Assembly: GCA_963662275.1 (NCBI GenBank)
Contig: OY759316.1
Coordinates: 160,001 to 224,000 of the forward strand
Direction of reading: 5' to 3'
Source of the DNA: Candidatus Cloacimonadales bacterium
Lineage (GTDB): Bacteria; Cloacimonadota; Cloacimonadia; Cloacimonadales; DAONDQ01
DNA length: 64,000 nt
Part shown: one piece after another, positions 1 through 9,390 of the stretch
Numbering within the stretch: position 1 is the first letter of the stretch
Layout of the letters: each line of letters opens with the position of its first letter
Translations under genes and position numbers: made by a program
The notes under the pieces: model-generated
Seen by the model: only the letters and a program-made list of their open reading frames with translations
Database searches by the model: none
What the model was told of the DNA's origin: nothing

Positions 1-2
1 CT

Positions 3-635
3 TACCTCAATAATGGAGAGACTGGTTCCATTACTTTCGTCGGAACCGTTTCACCCGCTGGTGGTAATTTGAAAGAACCTGTGACTGAATCAACGAAAAA
101 GGCTGCCCGTTGTTTTTACGCTCTCTCACAAGAGCGTGCAAACAGTAAGCGCTATCCGGCTGTTGATCCAATAGAAAGTTATTCCAAATATCTTGAATAT
201 CCTGAATTACAGGAATATATGAATACCCATATCGATCCGCATTGGGTGGAAGATGTGACTTATGCGAAGGATGTACTCCTGCGTGGTCGGGAAACCTTTG
301 AACAAATCAATATCCTTGGTGATGATGGTGTGCCGTTGAATTATCACGAGAGATTGTGGAAATCAGAATTGATCGATGCTATCATTCTCCAACAGAATGG
401 ATTTGATAAGATAGACCAATCCACACCAATGGAAAGACAGAAATATATGATGAATATGATCTTGGATATCTGTCGCCAGGAATTCAAATTTGAAACATTT
501 GAAGAAGTGATGCCATATTTTAAGAAAATCATCAACCTCTGTAAACAAATGAACTACGCCAAATTCCAGTCAGATAATTTTAACAAATTCGAGAATGAAG
601 TCAACGAATTGGTCATGGAAAAGGGGGTAGTATAA
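3..635 (+). CDS. ntpA: V-type ATP synthase subunit A, C-terminal part (5'-truncated by window)
   Basis: Frame is open from base 3: GSITFVGTVSPAGGNLKEPVTESTKK...RYPAVDP, typical of the V/A-ATPase A subunit; directly upstream of subunit B. Confidence 0.95.
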   Translation, partial: YLNNGETGSITFVGTVSPAGGNLKEPVTESTKKAARCFYALSQERANSKRYPAVDPIESYSKYLEYPELQEYMNTHIDPHWVEDVTYAKDVLLRGRETFEQINILGDDGVPLNYHERLWKSELIDAIILQQNGFDKIDQSTPMERQKYMMNMILDICRQEFKFETFEEVMPYFKKIINLCKQMNYAKFQSDNFNKFENEVNELVMEKGVV

Positions 636-1963
636 TGGAAACCAGAGCATTTCAACGTATTTATACACAACTGAATCAGATTACCAAAGCTACTTGTACT
701 GTCCAAGCTACAGGAATCGGCAATGAGGAAATGGCAATCGTTGATGGTCGTCTTTCCCAGGTTGTAAAGATCATGAATGACATGGTCACATTGCAGATAT
801 TCTCAGGAACGGAAGGTATCAGCACCGCTGCAGAAGTCGTGTTTTTAGGCAAACCACCGATGTTGAAAGTCAGTGAACTGTTAGCCGGACGCTTTTTCAA
901 TGCCTATGGAGAGCCTATCGATGATGGTCCTCCCATTGAAGGTGAGGAAGTTGAAATAGGCGGTCCCTCCGTTAATCCCGTACGTCGTGAACAGCCATCT
1001 GAGTTGATTGCTACGGGTATCGCTGGTATTGATCTGAATAACACTCTTGTGACTGGACAAAAGATACCATTCTTTGCAGACCCGGACCAGCCCTTTAACC
1101 AGGTTATGGCAATGGTTGGTTTACGTGCAAAAGCAGATAAAATCATCCTTGGTGGAATGGGTATGTCACATGATGACTATCTTTTCTTTAAAAATACCTT
1201 CGAAAATGCAGGAGCTCTTGATCGAATCATTTCCTTTGTGAATACAACAGAAGATCCACCGGTGGAAAGATTGCTGGTCCCGAATATGGCATTAGCTGCT
1301 GCTGAGTACTTTGCTGTTGAAAAGAATGAGAAAGTTCTCGTTCTTTTAACAGATATGACTCTTTTCTGCGATGCGCTCAGTATTGTGTCCAATCGTATGG
1401 ATCAGATTCCTTCTAAAGACAGTATGCCTGGATCACTCTATTCCGATTTGGCACGTATCTATGAAAAAGCAGTGCAGTTCCCGGCAGGCGGGTCAATTAC
1501 CATTGTAGCTGTCACAACACTCTCAAGCGGTGATATCACTCATGCTATTCCGGATAATACGGGATATATCACGGAAGGACAGCTTTTCCTGCTGCGTGAT
1601 ACTGATATCGGAAAAGTAATCGTGGATCCCTTCAACAGCTTATCTCGTTTGAAGCAGTTGGTTATTGGTAAGAAGACACGTGCTGATCATCCCGAGGTTA
1701 TGAATGCTGCTGTGCGTTTATATTCTGATGCAGCAAATTCAAAGACCAAGCTGGAGAATGGTTTTGATCTAACAGATTATGATGCACGTCTCCTGGATTA
1801 TGCAAAAGAGTATGCCGATAAGTTACTGGCTATTGATGTGAATATAGAAATTGACGCTATGCTTGATACTTCCTGGAAATTGTTTGCCAAGTATTTTACC
1901 CAGGCAGAAGTCAATATCAAGCAGGAATTTGTCGAACTTTACTGGCCTAAGTCAAATAGCTAA
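635..1963 (+). CDS. ntpB: V-type ATP synthase subunit B
   Basis: TGIAGIDLNNTLVTGQKIPFF, PGSLYSDLARIYEKA, THAIPDNTGYITEGQ motifs. Confidence 0.96.
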   Translation: METRAFQRIYTQLNQITKATCTVQATGIGNEEMAIVDGRLSQVVKIMNDMVTLQIFSGTEGISTAAEVVFLGKPPMLKVSELLAGRFFNAYGEPIDDGPPIEGEEVEIGGPSVNPVRREQPSELIATGIAGIDLNNTLVTGQKIPFFADPDQPFNQVMAMVGLRAKADKIILGGMGMSHDDYLFFKNTFENAGALDRIISFVNTTEDPPVERLLVPNMALAAAEYFAVEKNEKVLVLLTDMTLFCDALSIVSNRMDQIPSKDSMPGSLYSDLARIYEKAVQFPAGGSITIVAVTTLSSGDITHAIPDNTGYITEGQLFLLRDTDIGKVIVDPFNSLSRLKQLVIGKKTRADHPEVMNAAVRLYSDAANSKTKLENGFDLTDYDARLLDYAKEYADKLLAIDVNIEIDAMLDTSWKLFAKYFTQAEVNIKQEFVELYWPKSNS

Positions 1964-1974
1964 GGGAATTAACT

Positions 1975-2571
1975 ATGGCTGTACGCTTTCAATATAACAA
2001 AACTTCTTTAAACCTTCTGAACAGGCAATTGAAGGTCAGATTGCGAGCACTTCCCACACTAAAGAATAAGGAATCTGCTCTCCGAATGGAAGTGAAGCGT
2101 GCCCGTGATATGGCTACCGAATTTGATGCCAAAGTAAAACAGCAGACGGCAGCCCTTGATAAGTTCATGCGCTTGTGGACAGAATTCGATGCGAACCTGG
2201 TGACTATCAAGCATGTGGAAATGCAAACGAAGAAGATCGCAGGAGTAAAGATTCCCATTATGGGTGAGATCGTTTTTGATTATGCTGAATTCAGCGTATT
2301 TAACAGACCTAAATGGTACTTGGATGGAATATCGATCATAGAAAAGCTGGCAGCGATCACGATCGAAAAGCAATTTTACCTGAGAAAGATGAGAATCCTG
2401 GATGCAGTTCGCAAGAAAACGACCCAGAAAGTCAATCTCTATGAAAAAGTTCAAATCCCTGAATATAATGATTCTATACGTAAGATAAAACGCTTTCTTG
2501 AAGATGAGGAAAACCTGTCTAAATCAGGACAAAAAATCATGAAAAAAAGAAGCAGCGAGGTGGCAGTATGA
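1975..2571 (+). CDS. ntpD: V-type ATP synthase subunit D
   Basis: LPTLKNKESAL...KKTTQKVNLYEKVQIP; operon position. Confidence 0.93.
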   Translation: MAVRFQYNKTSLNLLNRQLKVRLRALPTLKNKESALRMEVKRARDMATEFDAKVKQQTAALDKFMRLWTEFDANLVTIKHVEMQTKKIAGVKIPIMGEIVFDYAEFSVFNRPKWYLDGISIIEKLAAITIEKQFYLRKMRILDAVRKKTTQKVNLYEKVQIPEYNDSIRKIKRFLEDEENLSKSGQKIMKKRSSEVAV

Positions 2572-4358
2572 TCATTCCCATGAAGAAATACACCTTCCTC
2601 ATCTATCATCATGATTACATCGAATTCCTGAGAAACCTACAGGAAATTGGCGTTCTGCACATCATTCGCACCATCGATAAGAACGATCCTGCCTTAAAAG
2701 AGAGCAAGGATAAGATAGATGCTTTGACGCAGATGATCAACTTCCTGAAGAAGAGAAACCAGGTTGCCCAGGATGTTCCACTTACAAGGACTCCTGATGA
2801 AATCATTACTCAACTTAACTCTCGAATCAGGAGTAAGGAAGTCCTCTCCCATCAACTTCAGACTGTTCAGAAAACAATCAGTCTCCTGGATCCCTGGGGT
2901 AATTTCTCTCGTGAACAGTTAAAAGACCTTGAATCCAAGAATATCTATATCGATTTCTTTACATGTTCCAAGAATAAGTTCCAGGAATCCTGGAAGGAAA
3001 AATACTCAATCGAGATCATTGCTTCGATTGCTCAAACCGATTATTTTGCGGTTATTCATGGTGCTGAAGATATAGTGGAAATCGATGCGGACTCAGTGAA
3101 GTTACCAGAGATAACCCTAGCAGAAGCTCGTGAATTGCTGAAGAGAATTCAATTCGACTTAGAGAAAATTGATGCTGATTTTAATGAAAGTGCTGCAAAA
3201 GAGCTTCCTCATCTCAACCAGTATCGGATAGAACTACTCAGCAAGTTTGAGTTTGAAGATGCAAGCTTGAATTCTCTCAAGGATGCTGATGATCAACTGA
3301 TAATTCTACGCGGTTGGGTTTCTAAACCCTTGGAAAAGAATCTTGTCGCTTTTCTTGAAGATAAGAGTGTCTATTATTTCGCTGAAGAACCCATGGACGG
3401 CGATAATGTACCTGTGCAGTTAAAGAACAACTGGTTTGCCAAACTGTTTGAACCAATCGGCAAACTTTATTCCCTGCCAGCTTATGGTGAATTAGACCTG
3501 ACAGCATCCTTTGCCCCATTCTTCATGCTGTTCTTTGGTTTCTGTACAGCGGATATGGGATATGGTATTGTCATTTTGGCAGCAGGAACACTTCTAAAGC
3601 TAAAAGTCAAGGATCCCAAGGTAAGACCATTACTTTCTCTCATGCAAGTGTTAGGTTTATCGACAACTGTTATGGGATTTGTGATGGGTTCTCTTCTTGC
3701 CTTCGATATGACCAAATTTAAGACAATAGGTGATTGGATTCCGATCAGGGACAAAGGGCAGATATTTAATTTTGCTCTATTACTTGGTGTGATACAGATA
3801 CTTTTTGGTGTGATCAGAAACTTCCTGAATCGAGTTAAGTACAATGGCTTTAAAGCCGGACTATCTATGATTGGAACCTTTCTCTTCATGATTGGCGTTA
3901 CGGTATTGGGTGCACCGATGTTGGGGGCAGTTCCTCCTGAAGCGTTGAAAGCAAATATGAAATATGTCATATATGCAGGCTTATTCCTGATATTCTTCTT
4001 CAATGCACCTGGGAAAAGTATCTTCGTCAACCTCGGATTGGGAATATGGGAAATGTATAATATTATCACCGGTTTCTTTGGTGACCTGTTATCCTATATC
4101 CGATTATTTGCCTTAGGTGTATCTGGCGGTATCTTGGGATTTGTCATCAATTCTATGGCTCATCAGTTTGGTGCTATTCCCATTATTGGTCCAGTTATTT
4201 TCATTGTCATGATGCTTGTTGGTCATGCTGTCAATATTGCGTTAGGTTCCTTGGGTGGATTTGTTCATCCGATGCGTCTTACGTTTGTCGAATTTTATAA
4301 GAATTCCGGATTCTCCGGTGGTGGAAAAGCATATAAACCATTCGGTAGTAAAGAATAA
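2568..4358 (+). CDS. ntpI: V-type ATP synthase subunit I
   Basis: Soluble N-half and hydrophobic C-half with DLLSYIRLFAL and VHPMRLTFVEF. Confidence 0.95.
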   Translation: MIIPMKKYTFLIYHHDYIEFLRNLQEIGVLHIIRTIDKNDPALKESKDKIDALTQMINFLKKRNQVAQDVPLTRTPDEIITQLNSRIRSKEVLSHQLQTVQKTISLLDPWGNFSREQLKDLESKNIYIDFFTCSKNKFQESWKEKYSIEIIASIAQTDYFAVIHGAEDIVEIDADSVKLPEITLAEARELLKRIQFDLEKIDADFNESAAKELPHLNQYRIELLSKFEFEDASLNSLKDADDQLIILRGWVSKPLEKNLVAFLEDKSVYYFAEEPMDGDNVPVQLKNNWFAKLFEPIGKLYSLPAYGELDLTASFAPFFMLFFGFCTADMGYGIVILAAGTLLKLKVKDPKVRPLLSLMQVLGLSTTVMGFVMGSLLAFDMTKFKTIGDWIPIRDKGQIFNFALLLGVIQILFGVIRNFLNRVKYNGFKAGLSMIGTFLFMIGVTVLGAPMLGAVPPEALKANMKYVIYAGLFLIFFFNAPGKSIFVNLGLGIWEMYNIITGFFGDLLSYIRLFALGVSGGILGFVINSMAHQFGAIPIIGPVIFIVMMLVGHAVNIALGSLGGFVHPMRLTFVEFYKNSGFSGGGKAYKPFGSKE

Positions 4359-4386
4359 ATAAAAAAAGGTAAAATAGGAGGTCTCC

Positions 4387-4878
4387 ATGATCGATTCTCT
4401 CGCAACTGCAGCAGCACATGTGGCACCAATAACACCTGAACTTTTCATTGCATGGGCAGGCATGATATTTATGGTTGCCTTATCAGGATTAGGAAGCGCA
4501 ACCGGTACAGTTATGGGCGGTAGCGCTACGATTGGGGCTATCAAAAAAAATGATGATATCTTCGGGAATTGCATGCTGTTATCCGCTCTCCCAGGTACAC
4601 AGGGCTTGTACGGTTTCGGTGCATTCTTCATTCTCAAGGCGAAAATCATGGTCGGAATGCCACTGATCAGCGCTTGCGCAATTTTTGCAGCAGGTGCTAT
4701 CGTGGGATTAGTATGTTATTTTTCAGCAATTCAACAGGCTAAGATCGTTTCTTGTGGTATCGATAGTCTTGGACAAGGTAACGATGTATTCGGTAAAACT
4801 CTAATCCTGGCTGTTTATCCTGAATTGTATGCGATCATTTCCTTCGCAACGGCATTCCTGATCAGTACAATGATCTAG
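4387..4878 (+). CDS. ntpK: V-type ATP synthase subunit K (proteolipid)
   Basis: Four TM helices; LPGTQGLYG and PELYA (conserved Glu). Confidence 0.93.
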   Translation: MIDSLATAAAHVAPITPELFIAWAGMIFMVALSGLGSATGTVMGGSATIGAIKKNDDIFGNCMLLSALPGTQGLYGFGAFFILKAKIMVGMPLISACAIFAAGAIVGLVCYFSAIQQAKIVSCGIDSLGQGNDVFGKTLILAVYPELYAIISFATAFLISTMI

Positions 4879-4900
4879 TCATTTAATTATTAAAAAAATG

Positions 4901-4930
4901 AAAAGAGCCGTCGAAAGACGGCTCTTTTTT
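4901..4930 (+). terminator. Rho-independent terminator of the V-ATPase operon
   Basis: aaaagagccgtc-gaaa-gacggctctttttt perfect hairpin plus T-run. Confidence 0.85.
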
Positions 4931-4958
4931 GTAGCACCTACTTCAGGAGGTAATATCC

Positions 4959-5020
4959 GTGGAGTAGGATGCCGATCCTACTGTCTGTATTGTAAAGTAA
5001 GACGCCGTTCTTGCTGTCTT
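4959..5020 (+). repeat. REP-like doublet (2 x 33 bp), family A
   Basis: gtggagtaggatgccgatcctact and gtaaagtaagacgccgttcttgct; near copy of 6069-6130. Confidence 0.7.
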
Positions 5021-5079
5021 CTATGCAGTCCGAAGGATGCAATTCTGCTAGCCCAGGAAGTTCTTCCTGGGATAATACA

Positions 5080-5721
5080 TCATTTCTTTATTATAACCTC
5101 CATTTCCTTATGCTCTTCCATTTCATTATAGTCTTTATGCAGATGAATGATGGAAGTTAAATAACTCACTAGATGCTGATCTTTGGCTTTTATCTTTTTC
5201 ATGACATACTGCAACGCTTTCTTCACTGAATAGAACATTTGGATTTCATCCACCCGAAAAACTCTTACTCTTTTCTTTTGCGAGTATATGCTTTTCAGGT
5301 ATTTTTGAAGCTTTTCCAGTTCTTCTGCCCTTTCCTCCAGTGCGCCATAATCATGATAGCTTTCCAGTTCATATATCTGATTTTGAATAATCAGTATTTG
5401 TTTTGCTACATCCTTAATTGTAATGCTATCCGCTTTAGGAATTGGCGAATACCAGCTATTTTCATGGAAGCCATATTTCAGCATTAACATATCATGAGAG
5501 TCTTCAAATTTGATATCCGGTTCTTTACATTTCCCTTGTGAGATCAAATTAGAATAAAGGATTTTTTGCTTTTGATTAGTTAGTAATTGAGAGAGATAAT
5601 ACATTCCGATGTTATCAGCTATTGTGAATGACAATCCATTACTGGAAGTTATTTGCCATTCTTTTCCGTTCAATACCCATTGGTATCTTTCCATCTTCAC
5701 CCTCCTTATTAGGGAATCCAT
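5080..5721 (-). CDS. Hypothetical protein resembling the helical C-terminal domain of large ATP-binding transcriptional regulators, here stand-alone
   Basis: 213-aa ORF; pattern W..NG.EW...G..YL..LL...D...E...L..YL...R.F...SV.KA...I...HL recognised by eye. Confidence 0.55.
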   Translation of the reverse strand: MDSLIRRVKMERYQWVLNGKEWQITSSNGLSFTIADNIGMYYLSQLLTNQKQKILYSNLISQGKCKEPDIKFEDSHDMLMLKYGFHENSWYSPIPKADSITIKDVAKQILIIQNQIYELESYHDYGALEERAEELEKLQKYLKSIYSQKKRVRVFRVDEIQMFYSVKKALQYVMKKIKAKDQHLVSYLTSIIHLHKDYNEMEEHKEMEVIIKK

Positions 5722-5862
5722 AACTGATTAATTTCATGGCTGTTCCATGAATGCTATGCATAAAGGGGTAAAGATAAAAACTATCATTAATACTAATAAT
5801 GAATGCTATAAACCATAATTATTCAATGGTTATTATGATGTCAAATAATAAATCAATGCAGC

Positions 5863-5977
5863 GTAGGGGTTTTGCGGAAGTAAACCCATCTTCATTTCAT
5901 CGTAGGGGTTTGCGGTAGTACGCCCTTCCTGTATGTATTTTCACTCCATTCAAGGGTTTACTTCCGCAAACCCCTAC
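5863..5977. repeat. Cluster of three REP-like GTAGGGG hairpins (two direct, one inverted), family B
   Basis: gtaggggttttgcggaagtaaaccc (5863), gtaggggtttgcggtagtacgccct (5902), inverted agggtttacttccgcaaacccctac (5953-5977). Confidence 0.7.
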
Positions 5978-6068
5978 GATTTCTCTTAACCTGAAACCTG
6001 TCACCTGTATGCTAAATACCAGGGTGATCCGCTGACCACCATGGCTTTTACGATTGCATTGCAGCTTT

Positions 6069-6130
6069 GTAGAGTAAGACGCCGATCTTACTGTCTGCGT
6101 TGTAGAGTATGACGCCGTTCTTACTATCTT
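6069..6130 (+). repeat. REP-like doublet (2 x 33 bp), family A
   Basis: gtagagtaagacgccgatcttact and gtagagtatgacgccgttcttact. Confidence 0.7.
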
Positions 6131-6133
6131 CCC

Positions 6134-6161
6134 CTACAAGCTACCAGCTACAAGCTATAAG
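6134..6161. repeat. Heptamer tandem repeat, 4 copies
   Basis: ctacaag ctaccag ctacaag ctataag. Confidence 0.75.
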
Positions 6162-6172
6162 CTTCCGCGAGC

Positions 6173-6631
6173 CTACGCAATCAGGTTTGTGAGCGTTTGA
6201 TAGCCATCCACACGTGGCAGATACCCGGCATCGACAGCATCTTTCACTGATTTACAGGCGATGTTCTTGTCGATAATATCTTCCGCTGTGACCACTGCGA
6301 GATCGTTTTCTGTGGGGTTGACCTTGTGCCAAGCCCAGAGCATCTTGATGAAGAGTGCCTTGGAACTGGGTGGCAACTGCTTGTTTTTCTTGATCTTGGC
6401 TTTGAACTTTCTGCTGTAGGTCTTCAGGTCAGCAATGTAGGTTGCCTGGGCAGAATTGTACACGGCAGCCAGGTTCAAACAGATCGTTTTCATGAGCTGT
6501 GTGTTAGCTGTGGGAGTTGGCTCTAAGAAAGTATGTGCCAGGCACATCTGTTCGCCATTGTACATTCCGTACACCAGACCGTCCAACTTTCCCGAGTAGC
6601 CTTTGTGACTGTGGTTGAATTTGGGTTTCAT
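6173..6631 (-). CDS. Uncharacterised 152-aa protein, paralog 1
   Basis: RBS gagg upstream; aligns by eye with 27184-27642 (EPT, DL..Y, LP.S..ALF..MLW, DLA.T.E.I, SV...G.L). Confidence 0.8.
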   Translation of the reverse strand: MKPKFNHSHKGYSGKLDGLVYGMYNGEQMCLAHTFLEPTPTANTQLMKTICLNLAAVYNSAQATYIADLKTYSRKFKAKIKKNKQLPPSSKALFIKMLWAWHKVNPTENDLAVVTAEDIIDKNIACKSVKDAVDAGYLPRVDGYQTLTNLIA

Positions 6632-6692
6632 TTTCTTTTCCTCTTTTCATTTATTTCTGGGGTCTTGTCTCTTCTCTGACTCTCTGCTCCGC

Positions 6693-6725
6693 TAATTTTT
6701 AACTTTTAATTTTTAATTCTTAATT
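6693..6725. repeat. Heptamer tandem repeat (taatttt-like) x4.5
   Basis: taatttt taacttt taatttt taattct taatt. Confidence 0.6.
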
Positions 6726-6815
6726 AGCGTTGTTTTGAACCCGTTCAAAAACAGAGCCCTCATATATATAGGAGGGAGCATTATGATTTATTTCACAAAG
6801 TGAAAATAATTTGCT

Positions 6816-6846
6816 TTCGAACTTCGAATATCGGACTTCGAACTTC
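6816..6846. repeat. Heptamer tandem repeat (ttcgaac-like) x4
   Basis: ttcgaac ttcgaat atcggac ttcgaac ttc. Confidence 0.7.
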
Positions 6847-7039
6847 TAAATGAGCTAGTTCTGGTCTGCCCTCTCCTACAAGCTTCTGCCAGGGAGGGCA
6901 TTTGCCTCAGTGTTTTCCTATGCCGTTAAGTGTAAGTAAAGAGCAAAATAAAAGATATCTAAACATCATAATGAAAAGCAATAAATAGAGTTAGGGATGT
7001 TCCCATTTTAAATTAACCTATAGTTACCAAAAAATTACA

Positions 7040-7067
7040 TTGACACCAAAGGACAGAATATTATCTT
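7040..7067 (+). promoter_or_regulatory. Possible sigma70 promoter for the higB operon
   Basis: TTGACA-16 nt-TATCTT. Confidence 0.35.
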
Positions 7068-7195
7068 ATCACCATGTTGAATATCTTAATATACCACTTT
7101 GATTATCTACATCCGGATCAGGTTAAGTTGATCGGCATAGGAGAGATCCCCTATGTTTATAGGGCTTTCAACTTACTCATAATAAAAGGTAATGT

Positions 7196-7507
7196 ATGAC
7201 AATCAGTGGTCAAGGTATTTTAACAGCTTTTAAGGATATCTTTCCTGATGCAAAGGACGCAGTTAAGTCATTAACTCTTGAAATCAAGAAAGCTGCCTGG
7301 GAGACACCAAATGAACTGAAAGCTCAATATGGTTCCGCCAGTTTCCTTGGACAGGGATGTGTTGTTTTTAACGTCTGTGGCAACAAATACCGCATTGTAG
7401 CCAAAGTTGATTATCTTAGCCAGATACTCAGAATACGTTGGGCTGGCTCACACAAAGAATATGATAAATTAGATATAAGAGGTACAAAATGTTTAAGCTC
7501 AAAATAA
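7196..7507 (+). CDS. higB: HigB-family type II toxin (mRNA interferase)
   Basis: W.TP.ELK..YGSAS...VVFNVCGNKYRIV..VDY....IRWAGSHKEYDK. Confidence 0.9.
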   Translation: MTISGQGILTAFKDIFPDAKDAVKSLTLEIKKAAWETPNELKAQYGSASFLGQGCVVFNVCGNKYRIVAKVDYLSQILRIRWAGSHKEYDKLDIRGTKCLSSK

Positions 7508-8700
7508 TCAAGACCGAAAATGATTATCAGGAAGCCATGTCATGCCTTGATGAGCTTTTAGACAAAGATGTTCTTTCACATGATGAAAGAAACATGATGG
7601 AGCTGATTGCTCATTTAGTCGGTGAGTATGAGAAAATAAAATATCCAATTGCTTTACCATCTCCCATTGCTGCGATCAAATTTCGTATGGAACAATCAAA
7701 TATCAAACAAAAAGATCTGATCCCCTTTATCGGCAGTCGAGGGAAAGTATCAGATATTCTGAATGGCAAACGTCAATTATCTTTATCTATGATCAAGGCG
7801 CTTCATACGAATCTGAATATTCCCTTGGAAGCTCTGATGAATAGCGATAAGATAAGCAATTCCGAACAGGACGATGATATCGAATGGAACAAATTCCCTA
7901 TCAAAGCGATGTGCGATCAAGGAAAGAGTGATTACTTTCCTAATGTCAAAGCAACCTGTCAGCAAATCAAAGAGCATGCATCAGAATACTTAAGTCAAAT
8001 GATCATACCCATTAAAGAAATGGCTTTTGGGAACGGATTCTTACGCCAAAATATCAGGATGGGCGGTCGCTCCGATAAATATGCTTTAGCTGCTTGGATT
8101 GCCGCATGTTACAATAAAGCCAACCAGGAAGTTTTACCTTCATTTCAAGCAGAAAAGCTTGAGCTAATCATCAACCAACTTCGCGCACTGAGTATCCTGG
8201 ATGACGGTCCAAAACAAGCAGTGAAATTCTTAGGGAAAGTCGGCATTCACGTTGTCCTTCTGAAGCATCTGCCCAAAACACATCTCGACGGCGCGGCTTT
8301 CATTGCGGATGATAAAAACCCGGTTATAGCCCTCACTCTTCGTTATGACCGTATCGATTATTTCTGGTTTACTCTCTTCCACGAATTGGGTCATATTAAA
8401 TACCATTTATTCGAAGAGGATAAGCAGAACTTCTTCGTGGATGACCTTTCCCTGAAGTCTGTTGAATCGTACGAAGAACAAGCGGATACGTTTGCCTCCG
8501 AATCGTTGGTAACAGATGCTGAATTGGAAGCCAGTGGATTGATAGATGATTACTCTACAGAAAAAGTCATCGAGTTTGCAGAGCAGAGATTCATCAATAA
8601 GGCTATCGTTGCTGGTAGATTACGTCATAAACTGGACAACTACTATATCCTTTCAAACCTGATCGGAAATGGATGTGTAAGGAAAATGCTAATGGAATAA
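7489..8700 (+). CDS. higA: HigA-like XRE HTH antitoxin fused to an ImmA/IrrE zinc metallopeptidase
   Basis: IKTENDY...PIAAIKFRMEQ...QKDL..FIGSRGKVSDILNGKRQLSL at N-term; HLDGAA...LRYDRIDYFWFTLFHELGH (HEXXH) at C-term. Confidence 0.88.
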   Translation: MFKLKIIKTENDYQEAMSCLDELLDKDVLSHDERNMMELIAHLVGEYEKIKYPIALPSPIAAIKFRMEQSNIKQKDLIPFIGSRGKVSDILNGKRQLSLSMIKALHTNLNIPLEALMNSDKISNSEQDDDIEWNKFPIKAMCDQGKSDYFPNVKATCQQIKEHASEYLSQMIIPIKEMAFGNGFLRQNIRMGGRSDKYALAAWIAACYNKANQEVLPSFQAEKLELIINQLRALSILDDGPKQAVKFLGKVGIHVVLLKHLPKTHLDGAAFIADDKNPVIALTLRYDRIDYFWFTLFHELGHIKYHLFEEDKQNFFVDDLSLKSVESYEEQADTFASESLVTDAELEASGLIDDYSTEKVIEFAEQRFINKAIVAGRLRHKLDNYYILSNLIGNGCVRKMLME

Positions 8701-8857
8701 AAAAGACCGCTCACAAGCGGGGCTTGTAAACGGCCATAAGACTTATTATGTCCTGTCTAGTTAACGGCACAATAAGTCTGAAAGGGTTTTTCGTCAAGAT
8801 TTTCCCGAATTGGTCTTTACAACCTCCTGAAAGCGGAATAATAAAATGGAGGTTAAA

Positions 8858-8983
8858 ATGAGTAAAAAAACTCACGCACCGGTTAAATCCAGTCGTAGTG
8901 CTATTACTGGTCGTTATGTTAGTCCAAGCTACGCTAACAAACACCCGAATACCACTGTTACTGAAACCAACAAGAAAAAGTAA
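8858..8983 (+). CDS. Small basic 41-aa protein MSKKTHAPVKSSRSAITGRYVSPSYANKHPNTTVTETNKKK (not in ORF track)
   Basis: GGAGG RBS just before ATG 8858; RSAxTGRYV...HPxTTVxE motif; followed by a hairpin. Confidence 0.75.
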   Translation: MSKKTHAPVKSSRSAITGRYVSPSYANKHPNTTVTETNKKK

Positions 8984-8993
8984 TGCCCACAAA

Positions 8994-9015
8994 GCAAGGG
9001 GCTTCTGCCCCTTGC
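8994..9015 (+). terminator. GC hairpin after the 41-aa ORF (no T-run)
   Basis: gcaaggggc-ttct-gccccttgc. Confidence 0.45.
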
Positions 9016-9076
9016 ACGCACTTTAAGAAGAATTTGTTGTTTCCCTAACAAACTAAACGATTTACAAGGAGTAAAC

Positions 9077-9340
9077 ATGAGTCAGATCGAAGGTGCAGTT
9101 GTGAAAGAGCAAGGCATTACTTTCGCAATTGTCATAGTTAAACAATATGTCTTAAATTCTACGAGTGAATGTCAGAAAGCATTATTGTCATTCCAATCAT
9201 ATTTCCCTGGAATGCCAATTATTTTAATGGCACAAGATTCAAGTGGAACCCCTACATACTATGGACGTAAGGATATTGCTGCTTTTTTAGCTAATATCCC
9301 TATGTCGAGTATACCTTGGAAAAGATATACGTTCAATTAA
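9077..9340 (+). CDS. Hypothetical 87-aa protein
   Basis: AAGGAG RBS; protein-like sequence (GAVVKEQGITFAIVIVK...YYGR.DI..FL...IPW). Confidence 0.75.
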   Translation: MSQIEGAVVKEQGITFAIVIVKQYVLNSTSECQKALLSFQSYFPGMPIILMAQDSSGTPTYYGRKDIAAFLANIPMSSIPWKRYTFN

Positions 9341-9390
9341 AACGACGTGGAGGGTAGTTCCCCTGCCCTCCAACTTATTATGGTGGTAAT

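Noticed and set aside
4898..5131. 77-aa Cys-rich ORF as a possible RiPP precursor
   Set aside because: It is a translation of the terminator and REP repeats and overlaps a convergent gene
8711..8992. 93-aa minus-strand ORF
   Set aside because: Antisense shadow of the better supported 41-aa plus-strand ORF
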